64,000 nucleotides of DNA from an uncultured delta proteobacterium. GTDB lineage: Bacteria; Desulfobacterota; Desulfomonilia; UBA1062. The notes below the pieces were generated by a model. The model did no database searches, was not told the DNA's origin, and saw nothing but the letters and a program-made list of their open reading frames with translations. The position numbers and the translations under genes were made by a program. The stretch spans positions 160,001 through 224,000 of the forward strand of contig CAWCTR010000004.1 of NCBI GenBank assembly GCA_963798485.1, written 5' to 3'. Below are positions 20,748 through 32,999 of this stretch, in pieces; position 1 is the stretch's first letter, and every line of letters begins with the position of its first letter.

Positions 20748-21854
20748 TACATAGCGTCTTAATATATTGCGTATAGACGACGGAGATCATCGTTCGGTTT
20801 TTTCCAAGCATCAAACTGTTCTTCCACAGTCTCAATTACATCTTCAAGCCTTGGCATATAACGATTGTGGAGACACATTCTCCTTGTCAGTTTCCATACA
20901 CGTTCGCTCGGATTCAGATCAGGGCTGTATGGAGGCAGATACTCGAAGGTGATAAGTTCAGCATGATCGTTTCTCCACTTCTTATGGAGTTTGGCATGAT
21001 GGTATCGTGCGTTGTCAAGGATGACAACCACCTTTCTTTCAGTCTCCATGACCTTCTCCAACAACATCCTAAAGAACTCAAAGGTGGTCAGAGCGTTGAA
21101 TTTTTCATGCTCTCGCGCATAGACGAAAGCCCCGTCATTCAGGCGTACCGCCCCAAAATATCCAACGCCCTTTCGCGTGGGATGATGGAGAAGTACAGGA
21201 TCCTTATCTTCCGGTGGCACCCACATGCGAAGCCGTGATCCATGCTGCTGGAAATGAACCTCATCCATGGCCCACACATCAACATCACCTCGCCCCATAA
21301 TCATCTTCAGTTTTTTTATATCCTGCCTGCTGTTCGGGGTCTGCATGGGCAATTACAGGTCGGGGCTTCCTGAGGCGAAACCCCAATTGACTAAACATCC
21401 GCTGGCATTGCCTCACCCCTAAAGGAATACTATATCGCTTCATAATGTATGCAGAAAGTGTCTTCCCATCCCATATATGACCGCGTAATCCTGCTTCCTT
21501 TGGAGTACCTCGAAGAACAGCACCTATATCTTGCATCTGTTTCTCGCTCAGACGCCTGGGCCGGCCTGGCTTCTCAGCGTCATACAATCCAGCAAATCCT
21601 TCCTTCTCAAACCGCTGAACCCAATACTGCACTGTTCTCTGGGCATCACCAAAAAGCTCGGCTACTTCGGAACACTTCTTCCCCTGCGCAACCATCAACA
21701 GCGTGTGGAGGCGATGATCATATCTCGCTTCCTCCGTTCGCCGTATCTCATCCTGCAATCCCAATATTACTTCTGGCTTCGATAGGGTATGCATCCTCAT
21801 GAACATATGGTATCATATCAGCATATAAAGCGCAATTATTTATGACGCTGTGTA
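20748..21854 (-). mobile_element. IS630 family insertion sequence
   Basis: Terminal IRs TACATAGCGTCTTAAATATATTGCG and TACACAGCGTCATAAATAATTGCG, flanked by TA. Confidence 0.92.
20759..21806 (-). CDS. IS630 transposase in two ORFs (21285..21806 and 20759..21352) joined by a +1 shift at an A7 run
   Basis: HTH ORF with PGRP; DDE ORF with MDE, ILDNARYH and LPPYSPDLNPSERVW; TAT AAA AAA ACT at about 21311-21320. Confidence 0.9.
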
Positions 21855-21932
21855 TAGTTGACACCAAGTGAAGATTTCGTGCCATGATCAATGGTTTGAA
21901 ATTAATGAATATTATTCAATTTCATCTTGGTT

Positions 21933-22072
21933 TTGAAATCTCTGGATACTGATGATCTTGTGCTGAAACATACGAAACTTATCACGTGATATCAGAGCGT
22001 AATATCTGGTATGTAATCTATGGTATTGCATGACCCTATTTTTTGTAGATTATGGAAAATAATCTATGGTCT
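21933..22072 (+). repeat. Dispersed intergenic repeat family A, longest copy
   Basis: Aligns with 16126..16221(-) and 1597..1662(+); contains IR TAGATTAT-ggaaa-ATAATCTA at 22046..22066. Confidence 0.85.
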
Positions 22073-22221
22073 AGAGTACCTATTAGCCTTGGTACAGTAA
22101 TCTTCATAAGCAATTATTTAAAAAATATGGGTGGTGAGATGATTGTTTACTGACGTCATAAATACAGAGCCCATGCAATCTTTAAATCTTGAATTACCTA
22201 TCAGATATGTTATAATAGATC

Positions 22222-22530
22222 ATGGCTGAAAGGAAGATCCGTGATGAAAGATATTTCCTCTCCAAAAAGAAGGGAAACGGACAAATACGCCGTGAGGTTT
22301 GGGTTGATGAAAGAGGGAGAGTAACTCGCTATAATCTTGCATACATTAATCACCGGACTTTCCAGGGAGATAATGGCAGAGTTCTTGGATATGACAACAA
22401 GCACGGCAGCCACCACAAACATCTTATGGGAACTACTAATTATATCGATTTTTCATCTCTTGAGGAGTTGGAAGATCAATTCGATAAGGAATGGAACAGA
22501 CTGAGAAAAAGCGGGGCAAAGAGGATATAG
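22222..22530 (+). CDS. DUF6516/TumE-like putative toxin
   Basis: YNLAYI...GRVLGYDNKHGSHHKHLMG...FSSLEELEDQF pattern; paired with an HTH gene. Confidence 0.7.
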   Translation: MAERKIRDERYFLSKKKGNGQIRREVWVDERGRVTRYNLAYINHRTFQGDNGRVLGYDNKHGSHHKHLMGTTNYIDFSSLEELEDQFDKEWNRLRKSGAKRI

Positions 22531-22533
22531 ACG

Positions 22534-22908
22534 ATGATAAAATTGACGATAACAACCGGAACTCCGGAAGATTTTTTCGCACGAGGCAAAGAGCTTGCCC
22601 GCAAGTTGGACAGGGGTGAACTGGTAGAGCCTGAAAATCTTATCATGTTTGAGGATCCGGGAGACCTTCTTGGGTTGGTAACAACAGCCCGAATTGATTT
22701 ATTTAAGGCTGTCAAGGATGAGCCTGGATCAATTACCGATATCGCAAGGCGTTTACATCGGGATCGGAGTGCAGTAAAGCGCGATGTTGACATTCTGACT
22801 GCTGCAGGTCTCTTACAAGTCGAAGAAAAGCCCTTCCAAGGCCATGGTCGAATGAAATGGGTAAAGGCTTCTGCAAAGAGATTCAATCTCATGGCCCAGG
22901 TTGGGTGA
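22534..22908 (+). CDS. HVO_A0114-like HTH regulator, putative antitoxin
   Basis: PGSITDIARRLHRDRSAVKRDVDILTAAGLL...GHG winged HTH. Confidence 0.75.
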   Translation: MIKLTITTGTPEDFFARGKELARKLDRGELVEPENLIMFEDPGDLLGLVTTARIDLFKAVKDEPGSITDIARRLHRDRSAVKRDVDILTAAGLLQVEEKPFQGHGRMKWVKASAKRFNLMAQVG

Positions 22909-23025
22909 TAGGGTTTTAATATTACTTGTATGTCATCACGGTTTTTAATCTCTGAAACTGATGATCTTGGATTGAACCCTATGCAACAATACTCTCCATA
23001 GCAGTGTGTATTAAATGGTATGTTA

Positions 23026-23835
23026 TCATCGCTTTTCGGACAGGGTATTCCGGCACATCAGACAATGAATAGTAGAAGGGTTGAAAGATGTATTGAGGGC
23101 ATGCATATAATCTTCGAAGTTCTCCGATCGGATGAGATAGTCGAGATACCTGCCCACTGGTGAGTTGACCAGGCAGTAGAGGGTATTGAAGACGACCCCA
23201 TGCTCGTTTTCCAGCCTGGTTTTATATTCATGCTCCAGGGCCTGCTGCGCCCCTGGCAGGAAGGTACCCACAGGATTGTAGACCAGATCCAGCACCAGGC
23301 CGCATTTCGGTTTGCCATAGCCCCTCTTATTGAGCAGCCGCATCACTTCCAGGATTCGCTTGAAAACACCTTCCCCCCTCTGTCTGTTGACCCGTTCTTC
23401 GTGGTAATCGGGCAGGGAGGCAATGATCTCAACCTTATTATCTGCATAGAGGTCAATGAGGTGTTCATAGGGCTTCTCAAGGAGGATCACGAGGTTCGAG
23501 CGAACCATCAGTCTGCGCTTCAATCCGGCAGCTTCCTGAATAAACCAGGGAAGCTCAGGGTTCATTTCCGGAGCACCACCGGTAATATCTATGGTGCAGA
23601 TCGGGTGATCTTGGAGCACTTGAAGACACTTCTCGAAAACCTTCCTGCCCATTACCTCTGACCGGTGAGGACCGGCCTCAACATGGCAGTGCCTGCACGA
23701 GAGGTTGCACCGCTTGCCCACATTCACCTGGAGTATGTCGATGGCATCAGCGCATAAGGGTGAGCTGATCCTCTTGTGAAACGATATGTTCAATGGATTG
23801 TTATTGAGCAGTTTGATCTGCTCAGAAGATGTCAT
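23026..23835 (-). pseudogene. arsS: ArsS-like (arsenosugar biosynthesis-type) radical SAM protein, C-terminally truncated
   Basis: LQVNVGKRCNLSCRHCHVEAGP, DITGGAPEMNP, QRGEGVF and LDLVYNP motifs. Stops right after LMCRNTLS, lacking the YDCDFNQ and Cys-rich tail. Confidence 0.85.
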
Positions 23836-23836
23836 G

Positions 23837-24170
23837 CTACATTTCCTTCTTCTTGATGATCTTTCTCATCTGGGTGGAATGGGCCAGGACATCACCGGCT
23901 GTCATGGCAGCTCCAACATGTACTGCTTCCATCATCTCATCGCTTGAAACGCCAAGCGAGAGGCACTTATTGGTGTATGCATCAATGCAATAGGGACAAT
24001 GGCGTACGGTTGCCACGGTAAGGGCGATCAATGCCTTTTCCCGTTCGGTCAGTACACCAGACAGTGGCCTGGGTGTAGTACTCAAAGAACTTCTTGCCCT
24101 GTTCCGGCGCATACTCTGTGATGTTCGGGAAGTCCGCCAGATCCTTGGGCTCATAGTAGTTATCCGACAT
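23837..24170 (-). pseudogene. ArsS-associated peroxidase-like (AhpD/CMD family) protein, +1 frameshift near 24062
   Basis: MSDNYYEPKDLADFPNITEYAPEQGKKFFEYY joins LTEREKALIALTVATVRHCPYCIDAY...EMMEAVHV in another frame; RBS AAGGAGG. Confidence 0.85.
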
Positions 24171-24344
24171 TCACGTGTCCTCCTTAAAAGGTATATGTTC
24201 CACTGGAAGGCCTCCGCATGAGGCTATTAATCGTTCCCTTCTTCTTATTTCATTTACTATATTCCCCGCTTTAAGATCATCAAAAAAACAAGTGTCGAGG
24301 ACACTATCCCATGGCGTATTAATATTAATCACGAGTGAAGGCTA

Positions 24345-25817
24345 TCAGCCACCAACTTCAGGCAGGCTGCACGCCCTGCCTTTGAGGTTGAAGAGCAGGC
24401 GGAGTACGGTCTTGGTCTTTTCCGAAAAGATCTTCGATGCGAATAGGTCGCCTGCAACGCGCTTGGAGATTTCAGACATGGTAGGGTAGATATGCACTGT
24501 GCCCGCCATGGTTGAAAGTTTAATACCAGCAGCCATGGACACTATCCACTCATGGATGAGCTCTCCCGCATGCGCCCCGATGATTTGACAGCCAAGCAGA
24601 GAGCCTTTCGGGCTCACGAGCATCTTAATCTTGCCCAACGTCTCTCCCTCTGCAAGTGCCCGGTCGTTATCTACAAAGTGCTCTTCGATGACGCGGTACC
24701 CGGTGCCTTCTTTCTGGGCGCGTTTTTCATTGAGCCCGATGCTCGCGACCTCAGGGTCTGTGTAGGTGCACCACCCGATCTTTGAATAGTCCGCCTTCCT
24801 AGGCAGGCGGAGCACGGCGTTGGTGAGAGCGATCCCGCCTTCATAGCCAGCAACGTGGGTGAATGGCATGACCCCGTTGATGTCTCCGCACGCATAGATA
24901 TGGCCGATGTTGGTCTTCAGTCGGTCGTTTGTGAGGATGCCCCTGGAGGTATACTTCACCCCAGCGGCATCGAGATTAAGACCTTCAATATTTGGTTTGC
25001 GTCCAGCTGCCACGAGAATGGCATCCCCTTCGATGACTTGGGTTGGTCCCTCCCCCTTTGAAGGCCCAACAGTCAGTGCAATCATTCCGCCATTTGATTC
25101 TGCTCTGATAGCCTTGGTATCGGTGTGGATTTCCACACCCTCGGCAACAAGTCGCTCTTTCAGGATGTCAGCGAGGTCAGCATCTTCAGGGCCTAGGATC
25201 TGGCCCATGAATTCAACAACGATAACTTTCGCTCCCAGACGTGCAAATGACTGGGCCAGCTCCAGGCCGATAGGTCCACCACCCAGCACGATGAGGCACC
25301 TGGGGAGCTTCCTCTGAGAGAATACGGTCTCGTTGGTCCAGAACGCCACACTACTCAATCCCTCTACCGGAGGCAGGGCAGGGCTCGACCCGGTGGCGAT
25401 GATCCAGCTCTTTGCCGAGATGCGTTCACCATCAAGGTTTATTACATGGTCATCCACAAAGGCAGGGCTCCCGAAGCGGACGAGCGCCCCGAGAGAGCAG
25501 AACCGTTCGGCAGAATCGTGCTGCTGGATCTTCTCGATGACCGCGTATACCCGGTCCATGACTGCACCGAGATCGACAGGGGGAAGCAACAGTTCCGGCA
25601 GACCGAATTCTTTGGATCTTTTTGCCTGTGCCCATACCCGTGCAGTGCGGATGAGTGTCTTTGACGGAACGCAGCCCACATGGAGGCAATCTCCCCCAAG
25701 CTTGTCTGTTTTCTCTATAAGGATGGTCTTTGCCCCGAACTGTGCGCTGCCTGCCGCGGCTGTCAGCCCTGCAGCGCCTCCGCCAATAATCCCGAGATCA
25801 TAATCAAAGTTTGGCAT
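24345..25817 (-). CDS. MerA/dihydrolipoyl dehydrogenase-like pyridine nucleotide-disulfide oxidoreductase
   Basis: GGGAAG, GGDCLHVGCVPSK, GGGPIG, GDING and HIYPT motifs. Has a single C-terminal Cys (GRAC), not the MerA CC pair. Confidence 0.9.
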   Translation of the reverse strand: MPNFDYDLGIIGGGAAGLTAAAGSAQFGAKTILIEKTDKLGGDCLHVGCVPSKTLIRTARVWAQAKRSKEFGLPELLLPPVDLGAVMDRVYAVIEKIQQHDSAERFCSLGALVRFGSPAFVDDHVINLDGERISAKSWIIATGSSPALPPVEGLSSVAFWTNETVFSQRKLPRCLIVLGGGPIGLELAQSFARLGAKVIVVEFMGQILGPEDADLADILKERLVAEGVEIHTDTKAIRAESNGGMIALTVGPSKGEGPTQVIEGDAILVAAGRKPNIEGLNLDAAGVKYTSRGILTNDRLKTNIGHIYACGDINGVMPFTHVAGYEGGIALTNAVLRLPRKADYSKIGWCTYTDPEVASIGLNEKRAQKEGTGYRVIEEHFVDNDRALAEGETLGKIKMLVSPKGSLLGCQIIGAHAGELIHEWIVSMAAGIKLSTMAGTVHIYPTMSEISKRVAGDLFASKIFSEKTKTVLRLLFNLKGRACSLPEVGG

Positions 25818-26024
25818 CTTCTGTCCTCCCTAACTCAAGATGATACCGTGTTTATGAAGTTTGTTTTTTGCTTAGGATTTTTTCTCAGCAAATTGGTAGA
25901 TTATGATAGGGAGATATAAGAATTAAACAAGGACTCAGGGGATGATAAAAATATCAACCTCTTTGATTCCTGACATTAGAAGCTTATCATTATACAGAAG
26001 ATAATCCAATCTTGGAGGAAAAAC

Positions 26025-26177
26025 ATGGCCAGGGTGAGTTCAAATGCATTGGATACTGGTGATCAATTCCCTTTATTAAATCTGCAGATGGTAAATGGAG
26101 ATATTTTCAAACTCCCGGATGATCATGATTATTCTGTCTCTCTCAATGGAGAAGAAGCGATAGCGGAGAACCAATGA
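26025..26177 (+). pseudogene. Internally deleted AhpC/TSA (redoxin) family gene remnant
   Basis: GGAGG RBS; MARVSSNALDTGDQFPLLNLQMVNGDIFKLPDD resembles a redoxin N-terminus. Its stop overlaps the next start (ATGA). Confidence 0.55.
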
Positions 26178-26875
26178 AAAAGAAGATAGCATTACTCATT
26201 ATCATTGCCCTCGCGATCGGCATATTTTACTATTTGGATCTCGGAAGATACCTCACACTTGAAAGCCTCAAGACAAACAGAGATTACCTCCTTAATTACT
26301 ATTCAAACCACATGCTCATCTTCATAGTGAGCTACATCGCCATCTATACTATGCAGACCGCTTTTTCCCTGCCTGGGGCGGCCATTCTTACTCTGGCTGG
26401 TGGAGCCGTATTCGGGGCGCTAATGGGAACGATATGGGTGAATATAGGGGCCACGATAGGGGCTGTCTTGGCATTTCTCCTGGCTCGCAATCTGCTGCGG
26501 GACTGGGTGGTAAAAAAATTCGGCAAACAAATGGAGGCCCTGGATAAGGGACTCAGTGAAAGTGGGATGTCATACCTTCTTTTTTTGCGACTAGTCCCAC
26601 TCTTTCCGTTTTTCCTCGTCAACCTTGCCTGCGGGATCACGGGCCTGCAGCTGAGGACCTACATCATAGGTACCATGGTGGGGATTCTTCCAGGAAGCTT
26701 CGTCTATGCGAATGCAGGTGCGAGCATTGCATCCATCAATACCATGCGCGATGTTGCGAGCCCCCGTGTTCTCATCTCATTTGCGCTCCTTGGGTTTTTT
26801 GCATTGCTCCCAACAGTCTACAAGAAGATCAAGGCATCCCTTCAAATGAAGGGGCGGTCGGGACCTTCTACTTGA
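26174..26875 (+). CDS. TVP38/TMEM64 (VTT/DedA) family membrane protein
   Basis: SLPGAAILTLAGGAVFG, YLLFLRLVPLFPFFLVNL and GILPGSFVYANAG motifs. Confidence 0.92.
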   Translation: MKKKIALLIIIALAIGIFYYLDLGRYLTLESLKTNRDYLLNYYSNHMLIFIVSYIAIYTMQTAFSLPGAAILTLAGGAVFGALMGTIWVNIGATIGAVLAFLLARNLLRDWVVKKFGKQMEALDKGLSESGMSYLLFLRLVPLFPFFLVNLACGITGLQLRTYIIGTMVGILPGSFVYANAGASIASINTMRDVASPRVLISFALLGFFALLPTVYKKIKASLQMKGRSGPST

Positions 26876-26940
26876 GCATATTTGAGTCTCAGGGAATCAA
26901 CCTATGAAAAGAATCATCCAACTTATCAGGGAAATTCATT

Positions 26941-28013
26941 TTATTTTTCAAACAGTTTAAGGTACTGGCCGTATCCCTCCTTTTGCAGGTCTTCCTTGGG
27001 GATGAACCGCAAGGCAGCCGAGTTCATGCAATAGCGCAGTCCCGTAGGAGGTGGGCCATCATTGAATACATGCCCAATATGAGAATCTGCATGTTTGCTC
27101 CTGACCTCTGTCCTTGTCGTGAACAGGGTATTGTCCTGCTTCTCCACGATATTGCCGGGCTCCAGAGGCCGGGTAAAGCTTGGCCAGCCCGTACCTGAAT
27201 CATACTTGTCCTTTGAGCTGAACAGGGGCTCACCTGAGAGATATCAACATAGATCCCTTCATGTTTGTTGTTCCAATATGCATTATCAAAGGCCGGTTCC
27301 GTACCTTTTTTCTGGGTTACCTTGAACTGCATCGGGGTGAGCTTCTTTTTCAGGACCTCTACACTCGGCTTGGTGTACGAACCTGTTTCGGCCTTTGCGG
27401 GCACATATTCCCTGTCTTTCCCCCAGGCCTTGTCAAGGAACTGGTCACGACCTGATCTGTACCGGTAGTACTTATACCGGATGGGGTTTTTCTTATAGTA
27501 ATACTGGTGGTATTCTTCTGCCTTATAGAATGGGCCAGCCTTCACGATCTCGGTGACGATGGGTTTTGTGAACCTGCCGGATTTTGCCAGCCGATCCCTG
27601 GACTCCTCGGCGAGCCTCTTTTGCTCATCGTTATGGTAAAAGATGGCGCTTCTATACTGGTTTCCCCTGTCCACAAACTGCCCTCCGGCATCGGTCGGGT
27701 CTATCTGCCGCCAGAACACCTCCAGCAGGTCTGCATACGATATCTTTGATGGATCATAGGTTATCTGGATGGATTCGGCGTGGCCCGTTGTCCCTGATGA
27801 GTTCTCCTTATAGGTGGGGTTAACGGTATGTCCCCCGGTATATCCCGAGAGAACCTCCTTCACTCCAGGGAGCTTATCAAAAGGATGCACCATGCACCAG
27901 AAACATCCCCCGGCAAAGGTGGCCAGTTCATATTTTGTGTTAGCTGCGTTCCCGGTATATATTGGCAATACAAGCAACATGGCTATAAATCCTTTCATGA
28001 TTTTACTGACCAT
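26941..28013 (-). pseudogene. msrAB: Exported bifunctional methionine sulfoxide reductase MsrA-MsrB, 1-nt deletion near 27240
   Basis: Signal peptide; GGCFWC, AEEYHQ and GTEPAF...EGIYVDI. After a -1 shift the frame reads [21 protein letters not shown]...[22 protein letters not shown]. Confidence 0.93.
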
Positions 28014-28180
28014 CTTTTATTCCTCCTCAATCATTGGAAACTTATATATGTTTATATAAGGTTGCCTTGTGTAAAAAGAAACCCATACCTTAACTATATT
28101 TAACTTTCAGAGATCATAAAACTGAGATGATACGCCCCGGACATTCATTCACCCCATTCCCAGTTTGACAGGAATGATGC

Positions 28181-28489
28181 TCACGGATTTCCTCCCAGTG
28201 TCTTCTTATATGTTCCTGCCTTCTTCAACGCCCTTTCCATTTCGTCAATGGTTACCTTTGTCGGGTCATAGAAAACGGTGTTTATTTCTCGAAAAAAATG
28301 GAATCCTTTTTCAACCCTTTTTACACCTGGAAGCCTCTCCAAGGCCTCTTTGCCTACGTCATATCAAGCCACGACAAATACCACTTTTTTCTCTGCATCA
28401 GAAGCCTGCGCAGTCCAATGTACCCCGCACAGAAGTAAAAGCAGTACCCCAGCGATGGCAAACTTCCTCATAAGAACGTCCTTATTCAT
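28181..28489 (-). CDS. Putative exported selenoprotein (102 aa, Sec42), HMA/MsrA-like small fold
   Basis: AAGGAG RBS, signal peptide ending AQA and in-frame TGA at 28364-28366. The frame then stays open for 60 codons: KVVFVVA-U-YDVGKEALERLPGVKRVEKGFHFFREINTVFYDPTKVTIDEMERALKKAGTY. SECIS-like hairpin follows the UGA. Confidence 0.75.
28330..28348 (-). promoter_or_regulatory. Candidate bacterial SECIS element
   Basis: GAGGCCU-UGGAG-AGGCUUC stem-loop starting 16 nt 3' of the UGA; G-containing loop. Confidence 0.6.
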
Positions 28490-28742
28490 GGATCACGCTC
28501 CTTTTGTTCGGGTTTCGGAGTCTCCCTAAAAGAATAATGTTCTTATTTGAAAAAACCAGAGAGAATAAAGACGTCCATTAATATTGCAGGACTTCAGCTA
28601 TACTATTAATTGCAGTTGATGCCTATTCCGTATTTCCCAATTCGCAAAAGGTAATTCTTGTTAATAAAAAAGAGGCAATGATACTAACTATCTGAGGGGT
28701 ATCTTGACAATCAAGAAGTCATCATTAATTTATACTCATTCT

Positions 28743-30067
28743 CACTACTGTCCCAACGTTAATCGAATAAAGTCAATTGGTTGCTGGGTGCTATGTCTGG
28801 AATCATGCAATCTGAATCTGTAAGTGCTTGTATTATAGGAGTCTTCTCGAAAAGAGTGACACTCAGAATCTGTAGAATTGTGTAGAGGCTGCTGTGGATT
28901 TTCAGGGTTTTCTTGACGATCGCTACAAGCACATAAACCGAGATGGCGATCCAGATCTGAGTTTTCACGGCATTCTCTGTAGTACCGTAGAAAGCCTTGA
29001 TCCTGAGATGCTGCTTGATCCATTTGAAAAACAACTCGATCTGCCAGCGACATCGATACAGTTCCGCAATGGTCAATGCCGACAGGGTGAAGTTGTTGGT
29101 CAGAAATACAAGGCGTCTGTTGTTGGCCTTGTCGAAGAAGCGTATCCGACGAAGCTTTCCCGGATAGTCCTTCCGAGCATAAAAATTCTTTGTGGTGATA
29201 ACCTGGTCGCACTGCATCCCGATGGACTTGTCGACGGGTAGAGAATAGAGGCGTCTGAACCGGAAGTTGTCTTTGGCTCTGATGAGAAAGAAGGCCCCAG
29301 ACTGATGAATTGCATGAAGTCTGGTAAAGTCGATATAGCCCCGATCCATGATATAGATGGCTCCTGCTTCGATAAGAAGATGGTCGAGGATGTTCACTTC
29401 GTGAACCTTGCCATGGGTAATAATCACCACTGTAGGTATGCTTCCCCGGAGATCCAGGAGGGTATGGAGCTTTATTGCTCCTTTGTGCTTTCTGAACTCT
29501 GCCCATGGAAAGAGTGACTGGCAGAGGTCTATGACCGTTGCGTCCAGTGCGTACACCGTTTGATCCAGTTCCACACCGAAGGACTCGCCTGTATAGAGCT
29601 TTCTGGCTCTGGCAATCAGAATCTGGGCGAAATCGGCATAGATCCTCCAGTCCCGCACTTGGTTGGCATTGGCCAAGGTATTTCTTGAGACCTTGCTGCG
29701 GATACCCAGGTGATACAGCTTGGTCTGTGCCGCCCGCAAACATGCTTGGATGTCTCGCAGGCTTTCTCGGTAGGTCAACTGAGCAAAGGCCATGCAGAGA
29801 TACTGGTCCCAGCAGGAGAAGCTCTTGATCTTGTAGTTGCCGTTGTAGCGTTTTACGCATTGGCGAAAATCGTGGATAGGCACAAAGTCCATCAATTGGG
29901 AAAACATGGTGCGACCAGAGTTCATCAGCCATCTCCTTCTGCAGGGATGCAGAAGTATGGCCTTCTCCAGAAATTATTTCCAAATCGATTACAATCATTT
30001 CTCCCCGTTAACCTTCTTCATGACTTGATCTACATCCTTTTACCTGTTAAACGTTGGGACAGTAGTG
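28743..30067 (-). mobile_element. IS4 family insertion sequence
   Basis: Perfect 18-bp IR CACTACTGTCCCAACGTT; 9-bp target duplication ACTCATTCT (28734..28742 and 30068..30076). Confidence 0.97.
28759..29925 (-). CDS. IS4 family transposase (DUF4372 + DDE)
   Basis: AQLTYRESLRDI, LDATVIDL, MDRGY and YRCRWQIELFFKWIKQ (YREK) motifs. Confidence 0.96.
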   Translation of the reverse strand: MNSGRTMFSQLMDFVPIHDFRQCVKRYNGNYKIKSFSCWDQYLCMAFAQLTYRESLRDIQACLRAAQTKLYHLGIRSKVSRNTLANANQVRDWRIYADFAQILIARARKLYTGESFGVELDQTVYALDATVIDLCQSLFPWAEFRKHKGAIKLHTLLDLRGSIPTVVIITHGKVHEVNILDHLLIEAGAIYIMDRGYIDFTRLHAIHQSGAFFLIRAKDNFRFRRLYSLPVDKSIGMQCDQVITTKNFYARKDYPGKLRRIRFFDKANNRRLVFLTNNFTLSALTIAELYRCRWQIELFFKWIKQHLRIKAFYGTTENAVKTQIWIAISVYVLVAIVKKTLKIHSSLYTILQILSVTLFEKTPIIQALTDSDCMIPDIAPSNQLTLFD

Positions 30068-30112
30068 ACTCATTCTTAATAAATAACTAACCTCAATGAT
30101 TGGACTTGCACA

Positions 30113-30574
30113 GTGAAACGCCAAGGAAAAACATCATCACCTCAGGAAAGATTGGACCAGATGCTCTCAAAGCTCAAGGGCCGTGATTTCCGTATGACAC
30201 CACAGCGAATAGCTGTGCTTACCATTCTGGCCGACAGAGAAGAACATCCCAGTGTAGAGGAGATCTACAAGAAGGTGAGTTCTCAATTTCCTACTACGAG
30301 CCTTGCTACTGTATATAAGACCGTATCTCTACTCAAGGAGCTTAATGAGGTCCTGGAGCTCGGGTTTACTGATGGAAGCAACCGTTATGATGGTAATAAA
30401 CCTTATCCCCACCCTCATGTGATCTGCACGAAGTGCAAGAAGATCATGGACCCTGAGTTTGTCCATCTTGGGGAAATCAGCGAGGAGATGAGCATGAAGA
30501 CAGGGTACAAGATATTCTCCCATCGCCTCGACTTTTTCGGTCTCTGTCCAAAGTGTAATAAGAAGGAAGTGTAA
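30113..30574 (+). CDS. perR: Fur-family regulator, PerR-like
   Basis: RMTPQR, HPSVEE, SLATVYK, HPHVICTKC and CPKC motifs; directly upstream of katG. Confidence 0.85.
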   Translation: MKRQGKTSSPQERLDQMLSKLKGRDFRMTPQRIAVLTILADREEHPSVEEIYKKVSSQFPTTSLATVYKTVSLLKELNEVLELGFTDGSNRYDGNKPYPHPHVICTKCKKIMDPEFVHLGEISEEMSMKTGYKIFSHRLDFFGLCPKCNKKEV

Positions 30575-30651
30575 AAAGGAGGATTCGGGAAGGTAAAGAA
30601 AAAAGGAAACAAGCTGACAACGGCTTGGCAGCCAAACGCTATTATTCATAG

Positions 30652-32862
<2,211 letters not shown>

Positions 32863-32999
32863 CATAAACGTCTTCGAGGGTTTCTGACAGGGCGACTGAA
32901 AAAATAGTCATATAATACTTATTTTTATTAATTAGATGAATCACGCCATTGTTTAGATGGAATGATGAACGACTGTTAATAAATGAAAGGAGCTTGGTT

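Noticed and set aside
23026-23030. Sec read-through at the arsS TGA
   Set aside because: The TGA is followed immediately by TAA, is not at a Cys-equivalent position, and homology ends three codons earlier.
24345-25817. Mercuric reductase merA
   Set aside because: No C-terminal CC pair, no NmerA domain and no mer operon.
28165-28529. Plus-strand ORFs of 102 and 83 aa
   Set aside because: Antisense to the better supported minus-strand selenoprotein gene, which has an RBS, signal peptide and SECIS-like hairpin.
28745-29998. 417-aa alternative-frame ORF in IS4
   Set aside because: Overlaps the true transposase on the same strand and has no recognisable motifs; probably a by-product of codon usage.
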